DNA of 64,000 nucleotides from NCBI RefSeq assembly GCF_053078305.1, contig NZ_CP166879.1; one strand, 5' to 3'. Shown piece by piece: positions 54,988 to 64,000 of this stretch (position 1 is its first letter; each line of letters starts with the position of its first letter). The notes under the pieces were generated by a model. It saw only the letters and a program-made list of their open reading frames with translations, ran no database searches and was not told where the DNA came from. The position numbers and the translations under genes were made by a program.

Positions 54988-55887
54988 CTAAACAGCACCT
55001 TTATACTTCAGCCTATCTATAAATAATGAGAATGCCGAGCCAGCATGTCGACGGTGTGGATAGTACAGGTGATAACCGGGTAAATCTGGTGTGAATTTAT
55101 CCAAAACACGTATCAGTTTTTTTTCTTTAATAGCCCGCTCAACCTGATCATAAGGTAGATACGCCAATCCATGCCCATCAATTGCAGCATCAATGATCAG
55201 GTCTATCGTATTCAGTAAAAGCTGACCTTCCATGCGAACACGAACTTCACGTCCACCGCGTATTAATCTCCAGCGATTTGCTGTACCCGATGTGGGAAGA
55301 TACAAATTAACTGCCTGATGATCTATTAATTGTGACACTGACGTTGGAACACTTCGGCGGGAAAAATAATCCGGTGAGCCAACAATAGCCATTGGTATAT
55401 CTGGCCCGATTCGAATGGCGATCATATCTTTATCCATCTCCCCACCCAGACGGACGCCTGCATCAAAACGCTCAGAAACGACATCAGTCAAACCATAATC
55501 AATGATAAGCTGAATATCAATTTCAGGGTGTGATTTCAGGAATGTGCGCATGGCTGGTAACAATATCGTTTTTGCTGCATGTTCTACAGTAGTAATACGT
55601 ATTGTCCCGGATGGGCGGTTCTGCAGATCGCTCAGGGATGCCAGGGCAGAATCTATGTCATGCAGCATAGGGCCAAGAACAGACAAAAGATGCTCGCCCG
55701 CTTCAGTAGGTACAACACTGCGCGTGGTTCGCGTCAGAAGCCGCAATCCCAATCGTTCTTCTATACGGCGCACTATCTGGCTTAATGCTGACTGCGCCAT
55801 GCTCAGGCGGGCTGCTGCGCGAGTGAAGCTACGCTCCTCTGCAACGACGACAAACGCCATCAGATCAGCGATCTCTTCACGCTTCAT
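54988..55887 (-). CDS. pgrR: LysR-type regulator PgrR
   Basis: 299 aa; N-terminal HTH; divergent from the downstream hydrolase operon. Confidence 0.85.
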   Translation of the reverse strand: MKREEIADLMAFVVVAEERSFTRAAARLSMAQSALSQIVRRIEERLGLRLLTRTTRSVVPTEAGEHLLSVLGPMLHDIDSALASLSDLQNRPSGTIRITTVEHAAKTILLPAMRTFLKSHPEIDIQLIIDYGLTDVVSERFDAGVRLGGEMDKDMIAIRIGPDIPMAIVGSPDYFSRRSVPTSVSQLIDHQAVNLYLPTSGTANRWRLIRGGREVRVRMEGQLLLNTIDLIIDAAIDGHGLAYLPYDQVERAIKEKKLIRVLDKFTPDLPGYHLYYPHRRHAGSAFSLFIDRLKYKGAV

Positions 55888-55926
55888 TTAGTATCTCCAT
55901 ACAATCTATTAATCATTTAAATGATA

Positions 55927-55954
55927 GGTCTAATCATGATTTTGGGTCTAATCA
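55927..55954. promoter_or_regulatory. Direct repeat GGTCTAATCA x2 (18-bp spacing) in the pgrR/ycjY divergent promoter region; candidate LysR-type operator
   Basis: Two exact 10-bp copies at 55927-55936 and 55945-55954, followed by TTAATGATCAAT. Confidence 0.35.
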
Positions 55955-56024
55955 ACTTAATGATCAATATCTATAGTGATATAACCAACCGTTAAAACGA
56001 ACCAACAACTCCATGAGGAACGGA

Positions 56025-56945
56025 ATGATGAATAATAAAGTCAGCTTCACTAACAGCAATAATCCAACCATCTCTTTGTCTGCAGTGATCTATTTTCCTC
56101 CAAAATTTGATGAAACCCGTCAATATCCGGCAATTGTGGTATCTCACCCAGGTGGGGGCGTTAAAGAACAAACGGCCGGAACTTATGCCGAAAAACTGGC
56201 GGAAAAGGGATTTGTCACTATTGCTTATGACGCATCTTATCAAGGTGAAAGTGGCGGCGAGCCGCGTCAGTTAGAAAACCCATACATTCGTACTGAAGAC
56301 ATCAGTGCCGTGATTGATTACCTGACAACGCTTTCTTATGTCGACAATACCCGAATTGGTGCGATGGGAATTTGTGCCGGTGCAGGATATACAGCCAATG
56401 CTGCAATTCAGGATCGCCGCATCAAGGCCATCGGTACCGTTAGTGCGGTCAATATTGGTTCGATGTTCCGTAATGGTTGGGAAAACAATGTGAAATCTAT
56501 TGATGCCCTGCCATACGTTGAAGCGGGTTCAAACGCCAGAACCAGCGATATTAGCAGCGGAGAATACGCCATTATGCCACTGGCACCAATGAAGGAGTCC
56601 GATGCGCCGAACGAAGAACTGCGTCAGGCCTGGGAGTATTACCACACCCCTCGCGCGCAGTATCCAACAGCACCGGGTTACGCTACTTTGCGCAGCCTTA
56701 ACCAGATTATTACCTATGATGCTTACCATATGGCGGAAGTGTACCTGACTCAGCCGACGCAGATTGTGGCGGGCAGCCAGGCAGGGAGCAAATGGATGAG
56801 TGACGACCTGTACGATCGGGCATCAAGCCAGGATAAACGCTATCACATTGTTGAAGGCGCAAACCATATGGATCTTTATGACGGCAAAGCCTATGTGGCT
56901 GAAGCAATTTCAGTATTAGCTCCGTTCTTTGAGGAAACTCTGTAA
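56025..56945 (+). CDS. ycjY: Alpha/beta hydrolase, dienelactone-hydrolase-like with Cys nucleophile elbow
   Basis: 306 aa from MMNNKVSFTNSNNP (SD GAGGAA); elbow GAMGICAGAGY. Confidence 0.8.
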   Translation: MMNNKVSFTNSNNPTISLSAVIYFPPKFDETRQYPAIVVSHPGGGVKEQTAGTYAEKLAEKGFVTIAYDASYQGESGGEPRQLENPYIRTEDISAVIDYLTTLSYVDNTRIGAMGICAGAGYTANAAIQDRRIKAIGTVSAVNIGSMFRNGWENNVKSIDALPYVEAGSNARTSDISSGEYAIMPLAPMKESDAPNEELRQAWEYYHTPRAQYPTAPGYATLRSLNQIITYDAYHMAEVYLTQPTQIVAGSQAGSKWMSDDLYDRASSQDKRYHIVEGANHMDLYDGKAYVAEAISVLAPFFEETL

Positions 56946-57874
56946 TGAAACATATTCAAATCCGCAATAGTGATATGGCCTGGCATATTGCTGCCAATAT
57001 TCAGTTTCCACCAAATTTTGATGAGTCAAAACAGTATCCGGCGATTATCAGCGTCCATCCTTTTGGCAGTTGTAAGGAGCAGACGTCTGGCAATATCTAT
57101 GGCAAGGCATTGGCTGAAAAAGGCTATGTCGTTCTCGCTTATGACGCCAGTTTCCAGGGAGAATCTGGTGGGGAGCCTCGTTGGATAGAAGATCCGACAC
57201 AGCGCGTAGAGGATATTAGCCGTGTTATCGATTATGCAGTAACTCTGCCATATGTTGATGCTGAACGCATTGGCGTGCTGGGTGTGTGTGGGGGGGGTGG
57301 CTATGCCATTAATGCCGCGCTGACAGAAAAACGAATTAAAGCTGTAGTGAGTATTACGGGTGTTAATATCGGGCGTCTTTTTCGGGAAGGTTTCAGCAAT
57401 TACGATCCGATTGGCGCATTGAATGCAATGGCGTCGCAACGAACCAAAGAGGCTCGTGGTGGAGAATTACAGATCAACGAATTACTTCCCGCCAGCCTGG
57501 ATGCAGCAAAAGCCCATGGACTGACCGAACGCGATGTTTATGAAGCAACTGACTACTATAAAACACCACGCGGGCAACAACCGGGAGGTGCGACAAAAAT
57601 GTTGTTCTCACATGCACAGAAAACGCTGGCCTGGGATGCCTTCGCATTTACTGAAGTGTTACTGACTCAGCCGGTGATGGTAGTAGTTGGTGAAAAAGTC
57701 GGTGCCTTCGGTGCTTATCGTGATGGACTGGAAGTCTATGGCCGGGCGATGGTTTCGCAGGATCGTCAGTTAGTTTCATTACCCGATTTCTCACATTATG
57801 AACTGTATGACAAACCGGAAGCAGTTCAGGAGGCGCTGGAAAAAGTTATTCCTTTTTTCAACACCCATCTGTGA
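56945..57874 (+). CDS. Second alpha/beta hydrolase, tandem paralogue of ycjY
   Basis: 309 aa, clearly alignable with the upstream ycjY product (e.g. ...QYPAIISVHPFGSCKEQTSG..., elbow GVLGVCGGGGY); start overlaps the ycjY stop (TAATG). Confidence 0.75.
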   Translation: MKHIQIRNSDMAWHIAANIQFPPNFDESKQYPAIISVHPFGSCKEQTSGNIYGKALAEKGYVVLAYDASFQGESGGEPRWIEDPTQRVEDISRVIDYAVTLPYVDAERIGVLGVCGGGGYAINAALTEKRIKAVVSITGVNIGRLFREGFSNYDPIGALNAMASQRTKEARGGELQINELLPASLDAAKAHGLTERDVYEATDYYKTPRGQQPGGATKMLFSHAQKTLAWDAFAFTEVLLTQPVMVVVGEKVGAFGAYRDGLEVYGRAMVSQDRQLVSLPDFSHYELYDKPEAVQEALEKVIPFFNTHL

Positions 57875-57894
57875 TAAGTTTCATGAGAAATATT

Positions 57895-58532
57895 ATGAAA
57901 AATGTACTCATTCTTGGTGCTGGCGGTCAGATAGCCCGCCATGTGATTAATCAACTGGCAGATAAACAAACCATTAAACAAACTTTATTTGCTCGTCAGC
58001 CAGCAAAAATACACAAACCCTATCCAACTAATAGCCAGATTATTATGGGGGATGTACTGAATCATGCAGCACTGAAGCAGGCCATGCAGGGACAGGATAT
58101 TGTGTATGCCAACCTTACGGGGGAAGATTTAGATATTCAGGCAAATTCAGTGATCGCTGCGATGAAAGCCTGTGATGTTAAACGTCTGATCTTTGTTCTT
58201 TCCCTCGGCATTTATGATGAAGTTCCAGGAAAATTTGGCGAATGGAATAATGCAGTTATTGGTGAGCCCCTAAACCATTCCGCAGGGCTGCGGATGCAAT
58301 TGAGGCTTCTGGACTGGAATATACAATTCTTCGCCCTGCCTGGCTGACGGATGAAGATATTATTGATTATGAGCTTACCTCACGCAATGAACCATTCAAA
58401 GGTACGATCGTATCACGTAAGAGTGTCGCAGCATTAATTACAGATATCATCGATAAACCTGAGAAACACATTGGTGAGAATATAGGCATCAATCAACCCG
58501 GGACTGATGGCGACAAGCCATTCTTCATGTAA
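57895..58532 (+). pseudogene. ymjC: NmrA-like NAD(P)-binding protein with an internal -1 frameshift (ymjC-like)
   Basis: N-terminal frame MKNVLILGAGGQIARH... stops at 58347; the C-terminal part continues in another frame (...RRAADAIEASGLEYTILRPAWLTDED...GTDGDKPFFM, stop 58530-58532); frame break at the A-run near 58271-58276. Confidence 0.6.
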
Positions 58533-58822
58533 ATCAATTATATAGCCACCATCGTACTGTACTATGTGCAGTACGATTTATTAAACTTATTAAGGTGAAC
58601 TGATCAATCAGATGCGATTAACATGTGTAGAACCAGTAAGAATAAAATACGCCATGTATATAACATTACGACAATTCTAATATCTGCACATCAATAAAAA
58701 TACAAACAACTTCCGGCAAAAAAGTGATACAAGATCGATGACATAGCGTTGAAGAAAAGGATTTGATAATCCGCAAAATTTGCACAACACTGCCTGTAAT
58801 ACTTCCTGAACCAGAGACGATC

Positions 58823-59525
58823 ATGACCGTAACCCGCCCACGCGCCGAACGCGGCGCATTTCCGCCCGGAACAGAACATTACGGACGTTCATTATTGGGC
58901 GCGCCGTTAATCTGGTTTCCGGCCCCTGCAGCCAGTCGCGAAAGTGGTTTGATTCTGGCTGGCACTCACGGTGATGAAAACTCTTCGGTCGTCACGCTCT
59001 CCTGTGCTCTGCGGACTTTGACACCTTCTTTGCGCCGCCATCATGTGGTGCTGTGTGTGAATCCTGACGGCTGCCAGCTGGGGTTACGGGCCAATGCTAA
59101 TGGTGTGGATTTAAACAGAAACTTTCCGGCGGCAAACTGGAAGGAAGGTGAAACGGTTTATCGCTGGAACAGCGCCGCTGAAGAACGTGATGTCGTATTA
59201 CTGACTGGTGACAAACCTGGCTCCGAACCTGAAACCCAGGCGCTGTGCCAGCTTATACACCGCATTCAACCTGCCTGGGTGGTCTCATTCCACGATCCAC
59301 TGGCCTGTATTGAAGATCCCAGACACAGCGAATTAGGCGAATGGCTGGCTCAGGCGTTTGAATTGCCTCTGGTAACCAGCGTCGGTTATGAAACGCCTGG
59401 CTCTTTCGGCAGTTGGTGTGCAGATCTGAACTTGCATTGCATCACCGCAGAGTTTCCGCCCATCTCCTCCGACGAAGCCAGCGAAAAATATCTCTTTGCG
59501 ATGGCAAACTTGCTGCGCTGGCATC

Positions 59526-59551
<26 letters not shown>
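58823..59551 (+). CDS. mpaA: Murein peptide amidase A (zinc carboxypeptidase-like)
   Basis: 242 aa from MTVTRPRAERGAFPPG; HGDE zinc motif (AGTHGDENSS). Confidence 0.85.
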
Positions 59552-60501
<950 letters not shown>

Positions 60502-60609
60502 TGTTGTCGCGGTGGTCTGCGGATTAAGCGCAAATAGCGTTTGCTGTGTTATTGACAGTTAGCATAAACTAGGTGTGACGTTAACTATATGTAAACAGGA
60601 AAGATAATC

Positions 60610-61116
60610 ATGTCACAAACCGTTCATTTCCAGGGCAACCCGGTTACAGTCGCCAACTCCATCCCGCAGGCGGGTAGCAAAGCGCAGACTTTTACTCTCG
60701 TGGCAAAAGATCTGTCTGACGTCACCCTCGGTCAGTTTGCGGGTAAACGCAAAGTGCTGAACATTTTCCCGAGTATTGATACCGGTGTTTGCGCCGCATC
60801 AGTACGTAAGTTTAACCAACTGGCAACTGAGATCGACAACACCGTTGTGCTGTGTATCTCTGCCGATCTGCCGTTCGCCCAGTCTCGTTTCTGCGGCGCA
60901 GAAGGTCTGAACAACGTTATCACCCTCTCCACTTTCCGTAACGCTGAATTTCTGCAAGCCTACGGTGTGGCAATTGCTGATGGCCCACTGAAAGGTCTGG
61001 CAGCGCGTGCCGTTGTGGTTATTGATGAAAATGACAATGTGATTTTCAGCCAGCTGGTGGATGAAATCACCACCGAGCCGGATTACGAAGCAGCTCTGGC
61101 TGTACTGAAAGCATAA
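60610..61116 (+). CDS. tpx: Thiol peroxidase
   Basis: 168 aa [22 protein letters not shown]...; peroxidatic Cys in SIDTGVCA. Confidence 0.95.
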   Translation: MSQTVHFQGNPVTVANSIPQAGSKAQTFTLVAKDLSDVTLGQFAGKRKVLNIFPSIDTGVCAASVRKFNQLATEIDNTVVLCISADLPFAQSRFCGAEGLNNVITLSTFRNAEFLQAYGVAIADGPLKGLAARAVVVIDENDNVIFSQLVDEITTEPDYEAALAVLKA

Positions 61117-61120
61117 GTTA

Positions 61121-61153
61121 ATATGCCTGATGGTGTTGCACCATCAGGCATAT
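61121..61153. terminator. 15-bp perfect inverted repeat between convergent tpx and tyrR (bidirectional hairpin, weak T-tract)
   Basis: ATATGCCTGATGGTG-ttg-CACCATCAGGCATAT. Confidence 0.5.
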
Positions 61154-61159
61154 TCGCGC

Positions 61160-62701
61160 TTACTCTTCGTTCTTCTTCTGACTCAGACCATATTCCCGCA
61201 ACTTATTGGCAATCGCGGTATGTGAAACGCCGAGACGTTTTGCCAGTTTGCGCGTGCTGGGATAATTGCGATAAAGCTGAGTTAATACCGAGCGTTCAAA
61301 ACGGCTGGTAATTTCGTCCAGCGAACCTTCCATCGCATCTTCGCCCACGGCTACCGTTGCGGCGTCATAATCCGGCAACAAAATATCCTGTGGACGCAGC
61401 TCATAACCGTCCAGTTGTGTCAGTGCGCGATAGATAGCGTTCTTTAACTGCCGCACATTTCCCGGCCACGCATAACGCGTAAGTACAGTATTCAGGTCAG
61501 CGGCCAGTTTCGGACGCGGCACGCCCTGCTCGTCGGCAAAGCGGGCGACGAACAGCTCAGTTAACGGCATGATGTCCTGCGGACAGTCACGTAGCGGTGG
61601 CAGATTGAGCGTCAACACGTTCAGACGATAATAGAGATCTTCACGGAACATGCCTTTTTGCACCAGTTCGACCAGATTCTTCTGCGTAGCGCAAATCACC
61701 CGCACATCGACATGCACCTCATGGTCTTCGCCAACCCGACGGAAAGTGCCATCATTAAGAAAACGCAGTAATTTCGCCTGCATCCGTGGTGACATCTCAC
61801 CTATTTCATCCAACAGCACCGAACCACCGTTCGCCTGCTCAAAGAATCCTTTCTTCCCTTCCGGAGCATGACCAAACAGCTCACTCTCGACCGCATCTTC
61901 CGGTATAGACGCACAGTTCAGCGCCAGGTAAGGTTTGCTCGCTCTTGGGCTTGCCTGATGGCAGGCGTAGGCAAAGAGATCTTTACCTGTACCTGTGTCA
62001 CCCGTAATCAGCAGCGGCGCGCTTAGCATCGCCAGTTTCTGCGCCTGTTCGACAACATGCTTCATTTTCGGGCTGACAGCGACAATTTGACTGAAGGCGC
62101 TGACGTCCTGGGCGGCGACATTTTGCAACTGGCGGCCCATACGAATCGTTGATCGCAACATCACCACCGCACCTGTCAGGACGTGTTGATCATTTTCATC
62201 CTGAAGATAAACAGGCGTAATCTCCATCAGGAAGTTCTGTCCATTAATAACAACATGCTCGTTATGCGAATCTTGCGGTTCGCTTTCCAGCCAACGTAAA
62301 AAATTAAAGCCGTTAATCAATTGTGCGGCGGTATGGTTGCGCAGGCGATCCAATTTTTGCCCAAAAAGCTGACAGCTCGCTGGGTTCGCCATATCCACTT
62401 TGCTTTTCATATCGACAGAGAGCACAGGTTCGGGCAACGCCTCCAGTAACGCGCTCAACGCCAGATGCTCACGTTCGGAAGGCATCCACGGGACAGTACG
62501 CACATCGGTAACACCTGCAATACGGCGTATTTCGGCCATCAGACTGCTGAAACTCTCAAACTCCAGTTCAGCAAAATTGAGGTAGATTCGCCCAATGGGG
62601 TCAATTTCAATACCGCGTAAATCAATGCCTCTTAGCACGAGTAGATCGAGTAATTCGCGGGTCAGACCGAGTCGGTCTTCACAAAAGACTTCCAGACGCA
62701 T
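61160..62701 (-). CDS. tyrR: Aromatic amino-acid regulator TyrR (sigma-54-type AAA+ core)
   Basis: 513 aa from MRLEVFCEDRLGLTRELLDLL; Walker A GDTGTGKD; C-terminal HTH. Confidence 0.95.
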   Translation of the reverse strand: MRLEVFCEDRLGLTRELLDLLVLRGIDLRGIEIDPIGRIYLNFAELEFESFSSLMAEIRRIAGVTDVRTVPWMPSEREHLALSALLEALPEPVLSVDMKSKVDMANPASCQLFGQKLDRLRNHTAAQLINGFNFLRWLESEPQDSHNEHVVINGQNFLMEITPVYLQDENDQHVLTGAVVMLRSTIRMGRQLQNVAAQDVSAFSQIVAVSPKMKHVVEQAQKLAMLSAPLLITGDTGTGKDLFAYACHQASPRASKPYLALNCASIPEDAVESELFGHAPEGKKGFFEQANGGSVLLDEIGEMSPRMQAKLLRFLNDGTFRRVGEDHEVHVDVRVICATQKNLVELVQKGMFREDLYYRLNVLTLNLPPLRDCPQDIMPLTELFVARFADEQGVPRPKLAADLNTVLTRYAWPGNVRQLKNAIYRALTQLDGYELRPQDILLPDYDAATVAVGEDAMEGSLDEITSRFERSVLTQLYRNYPSTRKLAKRLGVSHTAIANKLREYGLSQKKNEE

Positions 62702-62848
62702 GGGAACCTTCACCTGAAAAAAGAACAATTAATATGATGATATGACACTATTTGGATAGCAGGAAGGTTTCTGTCAACAATCATTGACACAAAGACGGAA
62801 AAACGGGCACTTCGGCGTAAAGATATCCGGTCAGCACCCGATATTGCA

Positions 62849-63910
62849 TTATTTTTCGCTGGGCGTTTTGCCTTTTTGCAGCGTTTCTTTCACCTGACCG
62901 ATAAGCTGACGACGGAAATCCCCGAGGCGAGGTTTGTCATCGTCAATCCACGGCAGCGGGCGGCAAAGCTCCATAGCTTTAATCCCGAGTCGTGCCGTCA
63001 GAAGCCCAGCACCAATCCCCTGAGCTGCGCGGGTAGACAAACGAGCAGCGAGATCTTGCGACATCCAGTCCATCCCCACTTCGCGCACCAATTCGCTGGC
63101 TCCGGCGAAAGCGATATTCAGCAATACCAGCTTGAACAGGCGCAAACGGCTGTAATATCCCAGTTCAATGCCATACAGCGTGGCGATGCGATTAATCAAA
63201 CGCAGATTGCGCCAGGCGATAAATGCCATATCCACCAGCGCCAGCGGGCTGACCGCAATCATCAACGTTGATTCCGCTGCCGAACGGCTGATTTCGCGCC
63301 GCGCCTGGGCATCTAAAACTGGCTGGACCAAATGCGCATACAAACTGACCACTTCACGGTCGTTTTGCGTTTCATGGATTGAGGCATACCAGCGTTGCAG
63401 CGCCGGATGTGACTGATCGATGCCCGCCTGCTGCGCCAGTTTTTCGCAAAATGCGCGGCCTTTGCCGGTTCCGTGGCTATGCAATAAATCACGCGCTTCG
63501 TCGCGTTCATGGGCGCGCTGTCGCAAGCGCCATAAGCGCCGCCACTCTGTTACCACAGAACCTACGCCAGCGCCGATAATCAATGCCCCAGCGGCACATC
63601 CACCCAGCGCCACCCAGTCCTGAGTTTGCCAGGCATTCATTGTCCACTGTATACCCTGCCCGACAACGCTTGCGCCAAACAGAGCCAGCCCGCCCATCAC
63701 CATTTTGCGCCACAGGCTGCGTTTCGGACGTAACGCTGCGTCCATTACCGCTTCGACTTGCCCCTCTTCTTCCTGCGCTTCGTCGAGCGTGGCCGGGGCA
63801 AAATTTTGCGCCTGATTTTCGTCAAAGGTCTGCTGCGCCCTGAATTTAGGATTCTGATCGACCTCCAGAGGACCGTCGAAATCAATACGTGGTTTTAACG
63901 GTTCGGTCAT
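62849..63910 (-). CDS. ycjF: Inner-membrane DUF463/YcjF-family protein
   Basis: 353 aa; start overlaps the ycjX stop (ATGA). Confidence 0.85.
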   Translation of the reverse strand: MTEPLKPRIDFDGPLEVDQNPKFRAQQTFDENQAQNFAPATLDEAQEEEGQVEAVMDAALRPKRSLWRKMVMGGLALFGASVVGQGIQWTMNAWQTQDWVALGGCAAGALIIGAGVGSVVTEWRRLWRLRQRAHERDEARDLLHSHGTGKGRAFCEKLAQQAGIDQSHPALQRWYASIHETQNDREVVSLYAHLVQPVLDAQARREISRSAAESTLMIAVSPLALVDMAFIAWRNLRLINRIATLYGIELGYYSRLRLFKLVLLNIAFAGASELVREVGMDWMSQDLAARLSTRAAQGIGAGLLTARLGIKAMELCRPLPWIDDDKPRLGDFRRQLIGQVKETLQKGKTPSEK

Positions 63911-64000
63911 CGCAATTTATCTCCTATTAAAAATTCCAGCGCAGCATCAAGACGAATATGCGGCAGCGGTTTGTCGACATCCATCACCTGCGGGCGAAAC
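63907..64000 (-). CDS. ycjX: 3' end of ycjX (P-loop NTPase family); gene runs off the window end
   Basis: Minus-strand frame ...[24 protein letters not shown] ends at TGA overlapping the ycjF ATG. Confidence 0.7.
   Translation of the reverse strand, partial: FRPQVMDVDKPLPHIRLDAALEFLIGDKLR

Noticed and set aside
62702-62848. TyrR boxes (TGTAAA-N6-TTTACA) in the tyrR promoter region
   Set aside because: I could find only a partial GTAAAG match by eye and cannot place a box confidently without a motif scan.

Overview
This window reads as a conserved Escherichia coli core-chromosome segment, collinear with (and inverted relative to) the K-12 trg ... tyrR/ycjF region. That identification rests on my recognition of the translated ORFs and sRNA sequences; no database search was run. 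I annotate about 57 protein-coding genes, one frameshifted pseudogene and five small RNAs (RydC, SokB, MicC, FnrS, McaS). I did not find a transposase, integrase, phage module, CRISPR array or defence island, so I see no convincing case for a wholly undescribed system here. The most interesting material is (i) the tightly coupled ynbABCD operon, whose four products together look like a self-contained CDP-activated lipid head-group pathway, (ii) an intact 1951-aa ydbA autotransporter carrying a 27-bp tandem repeat, (iii) an unannotated 57-codon proline-rich ORF between fnrS and dbpA, and (iv) a tandem pair of Cys-type hydrolase paralogues followed by a frameshifted NmrA-like gene. Relative to K-12 as I remember it, the strain lacks the Rac prophage, the feaRB-tynA-paa island and any IS elements, and has an intact gapC. 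Several gene starts are assigned from remembered K-12 protein N-termini plus SD inspection and are less certain than the stops.
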